Below, piece after piece: positions 26,965 to 43,430 of a stretch of 64,000 nucleotides of DNA (the first letter of the stretch is position 1; every line of letters starts with the position of its first letter). This stretch comes from the human T2T-CHM13v2.0 reference genome, Homo sapiens: assembly GCF_009914755.1 (NCBI RefSeq), contig NC_060927.1. One strand, written 5' to 3'. The position numbers were made by a program, and so were the translations under genes. The notes under the pieces were generated by a model, which did not search any database, was not told the origin of the DNA, and was given only the letters and a program-made list of their open reading frames with translations.

Positions 26965-27639
26965 GCACAGAGGATTTTTAGGGCAGTGAAACTATTCTGT
27001 AGGATACTATAATGGTGGATATATGTCATTATACATTTTCCAAAACCCATGGAATATACAAAAACAAAATGAAACAACTAATGTAAGCTGGATTTTGAAT
27101 CATGATGGGTCAATATAGATTCATAATTGTAATAAATGTACCACTGGGGGCTTCAAGTTTACAGTGTGGAAGCTGTGCATATGTGGGGAGAGGGAGTATA
27201 CGAAATTTTTCTGTATTTTCTGCTTAATCTTTCTGTGAATTTAACACCACTGTAAAAAACAAAATCTATTTGAAGGAATAAAAGAATAAATTATATAAAC
27301 ATGTAATTAAGTTTTATTAAAAAGTAATAAGTATTCAAAATAAAAATAAGTGTTCTATTTCTATATTTCCAGGAAGAAAGTAAATCATTTAGTTGATTAG
27401 CATTTTGGAAATTATGATAAATAAATTGTGAGAAAGATACTACTGATGCGAAGCTATATAATTGTTACTGACAGAAACATTTCCTGTTAAGTCTTATTAT
27501 TTTAGAGACTTTTCCAATATACTTCAGCCACTTGGAAGAAGCAAAATAGTGTGCAGAGATTCAGTTGTGGACTTTCATTCAATAAGGACCCTGAGAATTT
27601 AACAGAAAGCAAGATAATATGTCAGATAATAGGGAAGAG

Positions 27640-28790
27640 AGGGTGGTCATGCAGTCTGCATTGAGGGGCCAGGCTGAAGTCTGTGAGTGAAACCCCAATG
27701 TGGGAGAGAAGGGGAGAGTGTCGTTCAATGATCCACCTTTCCCTTGGGAAACTCTCCAACCAAGCCACTGGTGAGCACCCTGTCCCTCCCAAGCCCTGGA
27801 CCTAACCTGGGGAGAGGCTGGGAGACTGTAAGAAGGAATGTCACTGGGAAGTGCTTCAAGCACTGATCCAGACTTGGGACCCAGTTGGAGGACGCCATTC
27901 TCAATTCTAGCTCATAACAAGCTGGGAGGGTCCCTGCAAGCTAGCAGCTACAACAGCCAAGGGGATTACAGAGTTTCAAGATGGAATTTAGAGTGCTGGG
28001 TCTGCTGGGGAAGAGGGCCCACAGCCAGAACTGACAGGCAAGTGTGGTGTGTTTTCTAGCCATAAGCGCTGGAATTGGACTCTCCTGATGTAGACCAGAG
28101 CAGAAGGAGATTGGCTGGAGAGGTATGGTTTTGCCCAAGCAGCCAGTTTTACAGTCAGAAGCAGCTTTGCAAACTAAAAGACAAACTGCATGTGACTTCA
28201 CTGAGTGTCCTAACTTGCTCTTCCAGTCAGAATGAGGGAGTGAGCCTTCTTGGGTCTGCAGAGTGAGAACAATGCGGATCCCACACCCAGCGGCTTATCT
28301 GGGCTAGAGACGTGGGCCATGGGCTACCTCTCTCTTCTCATGCAGGAAATAGGTGTGGCAGTGGCAGATCCATACTTCACTTAGGCTTATCTCCAGCCAA
28401 CTCACAGTGACCCTGAAAGATATTAAATGGCAATAGGACAGAATTTCATCAAAGCACAAAGACAAACAGACAGATAAAAACAGGAAGAAAGAATCCACAA
28501 AATGACAACAGAGTAGTTAACATTATGACAGGAAAAAAAAAAAACCTCACTTCAATATTAACCTTGAACATATATGGATTAAATGCTTCACTTAAAAAGT
28601 CTATTGGCAGAATAAGCCAAAGAACATGAACCAACTATACACTGTTTAGAAGAAACTCACCCTACTGGTAAAAATATTTATAGACTGAAGGTAAAGGGGT
28701 GTAAAAAGATATTCCACACTTCATGTCTGTAGCAACATTGGGAACCAAAAATGAGCAGGGTAACTCTGCTTATATCAGAAAAAACAAACT
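27640..28790 (+). mobile_element. Host L1 (L1PB4/L1PA16-age): 5' UTR and ORF2 start, with ORF1 largely missing
   Basis: GC-rich 5' UTR-like segment, then atgacagga...cctcacttcaatattaaccttgaacatatatggattaaatgc (endonuclease start). Confidence 0.7.
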
Positions 28791-31700
28791 TTTTTATTTT
28801 AATGTTTGTGGGTACAGAGTAGGTGTATATATTTATGGGTTACACGAAATATTTTGATACAGGCATGCAAAGTGCAAAAATCACATCAAAGAAAATGGGG
28901 TATCCATCCACTCAAGCATTTTCTTTTCTCTTACAAGCAATCAAATTATACTCTTTCAGTTACTTCAACATGTAAAATTAAATTATTTTGACTATAATCA
29001 TTTTGTTGTGGTATCAAATGCTACATATTATTTATTCTTTCAAACTATTGCTTTTGTACCCATTAACCATCCCAATTCCCATGACTTCTTACTACCCTTC
29101 CCAGCATCTGGTAACCATCCTTCTATTCTCTATCTCCATGTGTTCATGTGTTTTGATTTTTACATGTCACAAATAAGAAGATGCAATGTTTGTCTTTCTG
29201 TGCCTGACTTATTTCACTTAGCATAATGACCTAGAGTTGCAACAATGTTGTTGCAAATAAGAGGATCTCATTCTTGTTTAGGGCTGACTAGTACTCCATT
29301 GTGTATAAATACCATATTTTCTTTATCCATTCATCTGTCAATTAACAATTAGGCTGCTTCCAAATCTTGGTTATTGTGAACAGTGCTGCAACAAACATGG
29401 CAGTACAGTTATCTCTTTGATATACTGACTTTCCTTCTTTTGGTATCTAGCTAGCGCTGAGATTACTGGATCATATGGTAGCTCTATTTTTAATTTTTGG
29501 TGGAACCTCCAAACTGTTCTTCATAGCAGTTGCACTAATTTACATTCCTACCAACAATGTATGAGGGTTCCATTTTTCCACATCCTTTCTGGCGTTTGTT
29601 ATCTCCTGTCTTTTAGAGAAAAGCCATTTTAACTAGGGTTAGATGATATGTCATTGTAGTTTTGATTTGCATGTCTCTGATGATCGATGATGTTAAGCAC
29701 CTTTTCACATGCCTGTTTGTCATTCATATGTACTTTTTAGAAATGTCTATTCAAATCCTTTGCTGATTTTTAAATCAGATTGTTAGATTTTTTTTCCTAT
29801 TGAGTTATTTGAGCTTGCTGTATATTTTAATTATGAATCCCTTGTCAGATAGAAAGTTTGAAAATATTCTCTACTATTCTGTACACTGTTTCTTCACTTT
29901 GCTGATTGCTTTCTTTGTCACATAGGTGCTTTTTAAATTGGTGTGATCCCATTTGTCCATTTTTGCTTTGGTTGCCTGTGGTTGTAGGGTATTACTCAAG
30001 AAATTTTTGCCAAGACCAATGTGCTGGAGAGTTTCTCCAATGTTTTATTGCAGTAGTTTTGCAGTTAGAAACACTTAGATTTGAGTCTTTAATCCATTTT
30101 GATTTCTTTTTTAAAAGATATGGTGAAAGATAGGCATCTAGTATCATTCTTCTGCTCATTGCTGGCATGTAGATGTGCTACTGATTCTTGTATGCTCATT
30201 TTGTAACCTGAAATTTTCCTAAATTTGTTTATCAGTTCTCGTAGTGCTTTGATGGAGTCTTTAGGTTTTCCCAAATATAGGATCATATCATCTCTAAAGA
30301 AGAATAATTTACATTCTTCCTTTCCTATTTGGATGCCCTTTATATCTTTGTCTTATCTGATTGTTCTAATTAGGACTTCTAGTAGTACATTTATTAATAG
30401 CAATGAAAGTGAGCATCCTTGTTGTGTTCCAGATCTTAGAGAAAAGGCTTTCAGTTTTTCACCACTTAGTATGGTACTAGCTGTGGTGTGTCATATATGG
30501 CCTTATTATGTTGAGGTATGCTTCTTCTATATCCAGTTTTGTGAGGGATTTTATCATAAAAGGATGTTAAATTTTGTCAAATGTGTTTCCACCATAAATT
30601 AAAATGATCATATAGTTTTTGTCCTTCATTCTATTGATATATCACATTGATTAATTTGCATAGATTGAACCATGCTTGCATCCCAGGGATAAATCCCATT
30701 TGCCATAATGAATTATCTTTTTAATGTATTGTTGAATTCAGTTTGCTATTATTTTGTTAAGGACTTTTGCATGAATATTCATCAGACATATTGGCCTGTA
30801 GTTTTCTTTTTTTGATGTGTGTTTGTCTGGTTTTCATATCATGGTAATATTAGCCTTGTAGAATGAGTTTGGAATTATTGCCTTCTCTTCTATTTTTTGG
30901 AATAGTTTCAATAGGATTGGTATTAGATCTTCTTTCAATGTTTGGTAGACATTTAAATGTTTGGTAGCAGTAAAATCATCATGTCCCAGGCTTTTCTTTA
31001 CTGAAACACTTTTTATTATGGCTTTGATCTCCCTACTTATTATTGGTCTGTTCAGTTCTGGATTTTTTCATAGTTCAATATTGGCAGGTTGTATGTGCCT
31101 AGGAATTCATCCATTTCCTCTAGATTTTCCAATTTAATGGCATAGAGTTCATAGTTGCCACTGATGATCATTTGAATTTCTGTGGTATAAATTGTAAATG
31201 TTTCCTTTTTCAACTCTGATTTTATTTATTTGGGCTTTTTCCCTTTTTTCTTTATTAGTCTGGTTTGTCAATTTTGTTTATCTTTTCAAAAAAACCAACT
31301 TTTTGTTCTATTGATTAATTGTATTGTTTTATTAATTTCAAATTTATTTATTTATGCTGTTATCTTATTATTTTCCTATACTAATCTTGGGTTCAGTCTT
31401 CTCTTGATTCTATTTCACTAAGTTGCGTCCAGAGTAGAAAACCCAGAAACAAATCTACATACCTATAGTGAACTCATTTTTGACAAAGGTACAAAGACCA
31501 TACACTGGGGAAAACACAGTTTCTTCAATAAATGGTGCTGGGAAAACTAGATATCCATATGCGAAAGAATGAAACTAGATCCCTATCTATCACCATATAA
31601 AAATCAAATTAAAATGGATTAAAGACTTAAATCTAAGACCTCAACCTATGAAGCTACTACAAGAATATATTGGGGATAATCTCTGGTACATTTGCCTGGG

Positions 31701-34700
31701 CAAAGATTTCTTGAGAATTTCCCCACAAAACCAGGCAACCAAAGCAAAAATAGACAAGTGGTATCACATCAAGTTAAAAAGCTTCTTCACTGCACAGGAT
31801 ACAATGAACAAAGTGAAGAGACAACCCACAGAATGGGAGAATAATTTGCAAACTTCCTACCTGACAAAGGAATAACCAGTACATATAAGCAGCTCAAACA
31901 ACTGTATAGGAAAATAAATCTAATAACCTGATTCAAAATGGGCAAAGGATTTGAACAGACATTTCTCAAAAGAAGACATACAAATGGCAAACAGGCATAT
32001 GAAATGGCACTCAACATCTTTGATCATCAGAGAAATGAAAATCAAAGCTACAATGAGATATCATCTCACCCCAGTTAAAATGGCTTTTATCCAAAAGACA
32101 GGCAACAACAAATGCTGGCAAGATTATGAAGAAAAGAGAACCCTTGTACACAGTTGATGGGAATGTAAATTTGTGCACTCACTACGGAGAAAAATTTGGG
32201 GGTTCCTCAAGAAACTAAAAATAGAGCTACCATATGATCCAGCCATCCTTCTTCTGGGTATATACCCCAAATAAATGAAATCAGGGTATTGAAGAGATAT
32301 CTGCACTCCTATGTTTGTTGCAGCACTGTTTACAATAGCTAAGATTTGGAAGCAACTGAAGTGTCCATTAACAGATAAATGAATAAAGAAGATGTGGTAC
32401 ATACACACAATGGAGTATTTTTTAGCCATAAAAAGAATGAAATCCAGTCATTTGCAATAACATGGATGGAAGTGGAGATCATTATATTAAGTGAAATAAG
32501 CAAGGCAGAGAAAGACAACATCATATGTTCTCACTTATTTGTGTGATTGTAAAATCAAAACAATCGAACTCATTAACAAAGAGCATAGAAGAATGATTAC
32601 TAGAGGCTGGGAAGTGTAGAGGGGGGCATCAAGTTCATCTGTGGATAATTAATGGGTACAAAATATAGAAAGAATGATTAATAGCTATGATTTAATAGCA
32701 CAATAAGATGACTATAGTCAATAATTACTTAGTTGTACATTTTATAATAACCTAAAGTGTTTAATTGGATTTCTTGTAATTCAAAGGATAAATGCTTGAG
32801 ATGGGTACCCCATTACCCATGATGTGCTTATTTCACATGGCATGCCTGTATCAAAACATCTCATATACTTCATAAATATGTACATTTACTATATACCCAC
32901 AAAACTTAAAAAATTAAATATTCATCATCTGGTTATTTATTTGCAGTTTTTCTTCGTTTTTGATGTAGGTGCTTACAGCTATAAATTCCCCTCTTTGTAT
33001 TGCATTTCCTGTATCCCATACATTTGGGTTTGTTGTGTTTCCATTATTGTTTGTTTCAAGAAATGTTTCAATTTTCATGTTAATTTCTTCACTGACCTAC
33101 TAGTCATTCAAAAGCATATTGTTTAATTTCCATTTGTTTATATAATTTCCAAAATTTCTCTTGTTTTTGATTTCAAGTTTTATTGCATTGTTGTCAGAGT
33201 AGATGCTTGATATTTATTTCAAGTTTTTTAATGTTTTATGACTTGTTTTGTGACCTAACACATAGTCTATCCTTGAGAATAATTCATGTGCTGAGGAAAA
33301 TAATATGTGTACTACAGCCTTTGAATGGAAATGTTCTGTAAATATGTGTTAGATCCATTTGTTCTATAGTGTAGATTAAGTCAGATGTTTCTTTCTTTAT
33401 TACATTGAGGTCTATCTCTCTTCAGCTGTAATGCATTCACTTTATATATCTGAGTGCTTCAGTGTTGGTTGCATATATATTTACAATTATTATATCATGC
33501 TGATGTATTGACCCCTTCATTATTATATAAGACCTTCTTTGTCTCTCGCAGCTTTTGTCTTGAAATCTATTTTTTCTGATACAAGTATAGCTACTCGTTC
33601 TTTTTTTGTTTTTGTTGTTGCCAGTTGGCATGGAATATCTTTTTCCCATCCGTTTATTTTCAGTCTATGTGCATCTTTGTAGGTGAAGTGCAGTTCCTGT
33701 AGGCAACAGATCATAGGGGTCTTGTTTTTTCATTCACTCAACCATTCTATATCTTTTGATGGAAGAGTTTAGTCCATTTACATTTAATGTTATTGTTGAC
33801 AAGTAGGGACTTACTCCTGTCATTTGGTTATTTTCTCCTTGTTTTGTGGTCCTCTCCTCCCTCATTTCTTCCTTCCTATCTTCTTTTTAGTGAAATTCAT
33901 CTTCTATGGTGGTGTGATTTAATTTCTTGCTTTTTATTTATTGTGTATCTGTTGTATGTTTTTGGATTTGAGGTTACTGTGAGGCTTGCAAACACTATCT
34001 TATACTTCATTATTTAAAACTGATGATAACACTGATTGCATAAACAACCAATCATGCAAAAAGAAAACTAATAAAAACATTACACATTAACTTCATCCTC
34101 CTGCTTTTTAACTTTTTGTTGTTTCTTTTCATGTATAATTGTACTATGTCTTAAAAAGTTGTAATAATTATTTTTTGTTAGTTCATCCATTTTTCTTTCT
34201 ACTTAGAATAAGAGTAGTTTATACACCATGATTGCAGTGTTATATTTTGTGCTTTTCTGTGTGCTATTATTAGTGAGGTTTGTATTATACCTTCAGATGA
34301 TTACTTATTGCTCATTAACATTTTTTCTTTCAATTTAAAAATTCCCTTTAGCATTTCTTGCAAGGTAGGTCTCATGTTGATGAAATCCCTCCACTGTTAT
34401 TTTTCTGGGAAGGTCTTTATTTATCCTTCATATTTGAAGGGTATTTTTGCTGGATTACTATTCTGGGGAAAAAGTTGTTTTTCTTTGTTTTTTTTTTTTG
34501 TTTTTTGTTTTTTTCCTTCAGCACTTTAAATATGTCATGCCACTCTCTCTGGTCTATAAGGTTTCCACTGAAAAGTCTACTGTCAGACACATTGAACCCC
34601 CATTGTATGTTATTTGTTTCTTTTCTGTTGGTGCTTTCAGGATCCTTTCTTTATCCATTACCTTTGGGAGTTTGATTATTAAATACCTTGAGGTAGTCTT

Positions 34701-37110
34701 CTTTGGATTAAATCTTCTTGTTGTTCTATAATCTTCTTGCATTTGAATGTTGATATCTTTCTCTAGGTTTGGGAAATTATCTGATTTTATTTCTTTGAAT
34801 AAACTTTCTATCTCTATCTTTTTCTCTGCCACCTCTTTAAGACTAATCACTCTTAGATTTGCCCTTTTGCAGTGATTTTCTAGATTTTGTAGGTGTGCTT
34901 CATTGTTTTTGTTTTTTTCTTTTATTTCCTCTGTGTATTTTCAAGTAGCCTGTCTTCAAGCTCACTGATTCTTCTACTTGATTAATTTTGATATCAAGAG
35001 ACGATGGTGCATTCTTCAGTAAGCCAAATGCATTCTTCAACTCTAAAATTTCTGCTCTATTCCCTTTAATTATTTCAATCTCTTTGTTAAATTTACATAA
35101 TAGGCTTCTGAATTCTTTCTCTGTTATTTTGCATTCCTTTGAGTTTCCTCAAAGTCGTTAGTTCGAATTCCTGCCTGAAAGGTCATATGTCTCTGTTTCT
35201 TCTGAATTGGTTTCCGGTGCCCCATTTAGTTTGTTTAGTAAGGTCATGTTTTCCTGGAAGATCTTGATGCTCATAGATGTTCGTCAGTGTCTGAGCATTG
35301 AAGAGTGAGATATTTATTATAGTCTTCACAGTCTGTGCTTATTTGTGCCTGTCCTTCTTGAGAGGCTTTTCAGGTATTTGAAGAGACTTGGGCCCCAAAC
35401 CCAGTATCGCTGTGGCTTTTGAAGACTCATACAGGTAACACCTTGCTACCTCGCTGGTCTTGGAAAAGATTTGGGAAACTTCCCTGGATTACAAGGCATA
35501 GAATCTTATTTTTTACCTTACTTTCTCCCAAACAAACAGAGTCTCTCTCTCTCTATGATAGCCCTCTGGAACTGGGGGTATGGAGTTGCAAGCACACCTG
35601 TGGCCACCACACTTTGTAATGTGCTGTGTCAGATCTGCAGCCAACACAACACTGGGTCTTGCCCAATGCCCACTATAACCGCTACCTGGCTACCATCTAT
35701 GTTCCCTCAAGGCCCTAGGGCTCTACAATCAGCAGGTGGTGAGACCAGCCGGGTTTGTGTCTCTCCCTTCAGGGTGACGAGTTCCATCTGGCCCCAGGAA
35801 GCTCCAGAGATGCTGTTTGAAAGCCAAGGACTGGGGGCATAAACATTGGAAATCTTCCTGATCTTCTCTTCTACTGTGGCTAAGCTGGCACTCAAACCAT
35901 AGTATAAAGTCCTTCCCACTTTTCACTCCTCTTTTCACAGGCAGAGAAGCCTCTCCCTTTGGGCATCACCACCACTGGTCTTCAGGGGTGTTCTGCCAGC
36001 TCACTATTGATGTTCACTTAAAGCCCAAGGGCTCTTTCATCAGCTTCTGGTGAATGTTGCCAAGCCTGGGACTCATCCTTCAGGGAAGGAGTCTCACTGT
36101 AGCCACCACAGCTGGGAATGTGCGTGGTTACACTTGTAGTCAGCATGTCTCAGAACATGAGCCCCACAGCATACTACCTGGGTATTGCTGCTGGTTAGTC
36201 AGGGCCCAAGGGCTCATTAGTCAGCAGATGATGAATCCTACAACGACTTGGTTTTTCCTTCAAGGCAGTGGGCTCCCTTTTGGGCAAGGGTGTGCCTAGA
36301 AATGTCATCTTGGAGCCAGGGCTTGAAATTAGGACCTCACAACCATTCCCAGTGCCCTATCCTACTGTGGCTAAGTTGGTATCCGAGATGCAAGTCAAAA
36401 TACTCTTTACTCTTCACTCTCTACCCTTAGGCAGAGGAAAAAAGAAACTTTCATTGCTGCTAGACATGCTGCTTGGGGATGGGGCAAGGATGGTGCAAGC
36501 ATTCCTTTAGCCATCCTGGCTGGTGTCTCCCTAGGTCACATGCCACACTAGACCTCTGACTCTCAACCCTGCCAAGCACTAAGAGATGCCTAGTAATTAC
36601 AGTGCTTGGGTCCTAGACTGCTTTTCAAGTTTGCCTAGAACTCCAGAGCACTTCAGCCTGTAGTGGTAAGGCTTGCCAAAGAATTAGAGTTCCGACAAAT
36701 GGGATGAGAGATTCCCCTCTGGATAGGTCTAGTACAAATGTTCCCTCTGTGTGTGAGCAATGGCTGAGCCCAGGATGACTTACCCTCTGCCATGACAGGG
36801 CAGCATTGAGTTCAATGTAATGTTCCCCAGTCACTGTGCTCTCCCTCCCCAAAGGGCACAGACACTCCATGCTTTACAGCCATTACTGGGGAGTGGGGAA
36901 GGGGTGGTTTTGGCTATTCAAAACTTTCCCTCCTGCCCTCCTCAATGCCTCTTGCAATGATACGAAGTTTAAACCAGATACTGTGATTGTCTACCTGATT
37001 TTTGGTTCTTGTGATGGTGCTCTCCTGTGTTCAGATAGTTGTTAAAATTTGGGGTCCCTGCAGGGGGATTGAACAGTGTAGGCTTCTATTTTGCCATCTT
37101 CCTCCACTCT
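28790..37110 (-). mobile_element. Near-full-length L1MA2-like LINE (interrupted at ~31430-32920)
   Basis: 3' end tgtgggtacagagtaggtgtatatatttatggg. ORF2 start peptide ICCLQELHFTYKDAHRLKINGWEK. ORF1 peptide ESLFKEIKSDNFPNLEKDINIQ...RYLIIKLPKVMDKERILKA. Repeated 5' UTR and 5' terminus gagtggaggaagatggcaaaatagaagcc. Confidence 0.92.
31430..32920 (+). mobile_element. 5'-truncated L1MA1-like element nested antisense inside the L1MA2
   Basis: ORF2 C-terminal peptides ([17 protein letters not shown]...[15 protein letters not shown]) and 3' UTR catgatgtgcttatttcacatggcatgcctgtatcaaaacatctc followed by an A-rich tail. Confidence 0.92.
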
Positions 37111-37119
37111 AAGATGAAA

Positions 37120-37367
37120 CCATTGCGAGTGTGTGGCACCTCCCCTCTCTCTCTCTCTTGCTCCTTTTGTGGCTATGTAACGTGCCTGCTACCCCTTTAT
37201 CTTCCATCATGATTGCAAGTTTCCTGAGACCTCCCCAGAAGCCAAGCAGATACCAACATCATGTTCCTGGGCAGTCTGCAGAACCTTGAGCCAATTAAAT
37301 TTCTTATCTATATAAATTACCCAGTGTCGAGTATTTCTTTATAGCAAAGCAAGACTGGCTAATACAC
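37120..37367 (+). mobile_element. MSTA LTR, 3' portion only
   Basis: gtgtgtggcacctcccctctctc...gaggcctccccagaagcc-like...ctttatagcaaagcaagactggctaataca. Confidence 0.88.
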
Positions 37368-38140
37368 AGTTCTAAGATGCAAGTTTATAGTGTTTAATGC
37401 CTACAGTGAAAAAGGTAGAAAAACCACAATTTAAAAATCGAATGCCACTCCTCGAGTAACTAGAAAGAAAAGGACAAACCAAACACAAACTAGCAGAGTA
37501 AAAGAAATAACAATCATTATAACAGAACTAAATAAATTTGGGACCAACAAAACAACACAAAGAATTAACAAAAGAAAATGTTGGATTTTTTTTAAAAGAT
37601 AAAATTGGTAAAACTCTGGCAAGACTAGCCAAGAAAAGAGGACACAATATTCAAATGAACATAATAAGAAATGAAAAAGGAGACATTACAACTGATACCA
37701 CAGAAATACAAAAGATCATCAGAGGCTACTATGAACAACTATGTATTCAAAAACTAGAAAATATAGAGAAAGGGAAAAAATCCTGAAAATATTTTCCTGA
37801 AATGCTTTCTTCATTTTTCTCATTTTCCTGAAATGAGGCTTCCTGAAAATCCTCCCAATATTGAACCATTAAGAAATAGAAACCCCGAACACACCCATAA
37901 TGAGCGGTGAGATTGAATCAGTAATAAAAAAATTTCACAATAAAAAACAGCCCAGGACCATATGGATTGACAGCTGAATTCCATCAAACATGCAAAAAAG
38001 AAGTGGTACCAATTCTACTGAAACTGTTTCAAAATTGAGGAGAAGCACATGCTCCCTAATTTATTCTATAAAGTCAATATCATCCTGATAGCAGATCTCG
38101 AAAATGATATGACCAAATCAAGAAAACTACAGAGCAATGT
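37368..38140 (+). mobile_element. L1 ORF2 fragment (probable continuation of the host L1 at 27640-28790)
   Basis: [26 protein letters not shown] peptide in ORF 37538-37786. Confidence 0.88.
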
Positions 38141-39371
38141 CATATATACACTATCATTATATTTTCAGTTGTTCCAGAATACAATACATATCTTAATTAT
38201 GCTTATTGTCTATTAAAAGAGAATATTTTTCCAGGTAGAAAATTTTGAAAATATGAAATAAAAACTAATAGCAGCAAAGCAAAATCAAACAAAAGAGAAT
38301 TTTTTAAGCACTTACCATAAATTTTTACTATACTGATTTCTTAACCATTTTCCTTCACTGATAAATTTATATAGGTATACTTTTAAAAACTCATTTCAAT
38401 AACAGCTAATTTATAATCTTTCCAAATTACAGCAAGTGTTGTTCCAGATTGGGTCTGAAATTAGGGTATTTGTATGGGTTTTTCAAAAAGAACAGTATAG
38501 GTAAAAGAGAAAGTTGGGAAAGTTATGGTATGAGGTAAACAAAGTTGTGAGTTTTCTTCTCCAAAAATACTCTGACAGAACTTACAGTCAGTTCTTATTG
38601 ATTACAACTACATTTTTAGGCTCAAATGAACAGATTATTGATAGTCAAACTGAGTAATCACCAGGAAAATATTAACAAAGAAGATTTTTAAAAATCACAC
38701 TGCCAATGTATTTTGACTAAAAATCACAAGAAATAGATATTTTAATGCCAATAAACAGAACATAATAGGCATAGGTACACTCTTCCCAGCAGCTTTATGA
38801 TGGGGGACTTGTAACTGGGATGATAAGCTCTTTTTTTTTCTACATTCTACTACACAATTGTTTCAAGGTTGACTGCACTTGTGATGAAAGAAGCTATTTT
38901 ATAAGAAAATAATTTATTTACTTATGGGAAAATTCTATATTTTCAAGAAATATTTTGAGCACATTATATTCTCTGAAGGCACATTTACTTAAAAAGGTAT
39001 AGGAAAATGGTGTGTTGATGACCTTAAATTGCCTAAATAGTAAAAATTAAAAAAGCAGATATGTGTAATTCCCATAGGACATGGATATTTTTTCCATTCT
39101 CAGAAGATGAAATTAACTGTGGGACCAATATGATCCAGGTTAATGGGATTCATACTTTAAGCGTGGAAAACAGTGAGTTTTCATGGAGAATGAGGGCTTG
39201 ATCTCACAAAACTAAGTGGAGCCTGGAAGAGCAGGACCCTAGAAATACTAAGAAATGGTTCAGAATTAGAGAGATGACCAAGTGAGTGGCCATAGAGGAG
39301 CCAGCAGAGCAGTTTGAGGTTACTTACACATTTACCCTAGGTCTAAACTCTGGTTAGAAAATAAGATGTAC

Positions 39372-39750
39372 CATGGAATACTATGCAGCCATAAAAAGAA
39401 ATGAGATCATGTCCTTTGCAGGGACACAAATGGAGTTGGAAGTCATTATTCTCAGCAAACTAACACAGGAGCAGAAAACCAAACACCGCATGTTCTCATT
39501 ATAAGTGGGATTTGAATGTTGAGAACACATGAACGTATGGGGTTGGGGAATAAAACACACTGGGTCCTGTCAGAGAAAGGTGGGAAGGAGAGCATCAGGA
39601 AGAACAGCTCATGGATACTAGGCTTAATACCTAGGTGATTGGATGATCTGTGTAGCAAACCACCATGGCACATGTTTACTTACGTAATAAACCTGCACAT
39701 CCTGTATATGGACCCCGAACTTAAAATGAAGGTTGAAGAAAAAAAAAAAA
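39372..39750 (+). mobile_element. 5'-truncated L1PA (about L1PA11-13) 3' end
   Basis: ggagagcatcaggaagaacagctcatggatactaggcttaatacctaggtga plus poly(A). Exact 16-bp TSD agaaaataagatgtac at 39356-39371 and 39751-39766. Confidence 0.95.
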
Positions 39751-40270
39751 AGAAAATAAGATGTACTAAATACTCAAGAAACAGAAAGTCACAAAGATAA
39801 AAATATTGGATAATGGAGACCTCAGAGGAAAAGAATTCATAATGATATTTATCATTAACCAATCTACTCTTCTTTTGTAGGCCTTTCATGCATATTTCAA
39901 CCACCAAGACCTTATCAGTTCATTCAGCAAAGATTGCTTATTCTGCATATCAGTATTTCAGTGAAAAACTAGCCTAATGCCTGGTTATGTGAGATGGGCA
40001 TTATTCAAAGTATAGAACTTATTCATCCTTGGGAAACTCATGTAGGTAAAGAAGTTTTTCAAATACTAAACCATTCAGTTAGCTAACTCAGACTTTGGCA
40101 AGTTAGTGGCTTAGATTAATAGTTTTTAAAAGACACATTTTCTATTACATATTTGTGGTAAAATCCCATTAGTATTTGGCTACAAACTTTAGCTCCTTTA
40201 AACCCAACTAAAAATATTTCATGAGATGAAATAAATCTAACACTGAAATTTAATATAAATATCTTAAGTT

Positions 40271-43298
<3,028 letters not shown>

Positions 43299-43359
43299 AT
43301 ATATCTATATTATTTTGGAAATAATATTTTTGGGTTTTGAAATTTGCCCAGAATACAAA

Positions 43360-43430
43360 CATTTATTTTTGATTTTTATTCTTTTTGAGATGGGGTCTCG
43401 CTCTGTTACCCAGCCTGTAATCCAGTGGCT
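43360..43430 (-). mobile_element. Short Alu 3' fragment
   Basis: ttttgagatggggtctcgctctgttacccagcctgtaatccagtggc. Confidence 0.7.
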
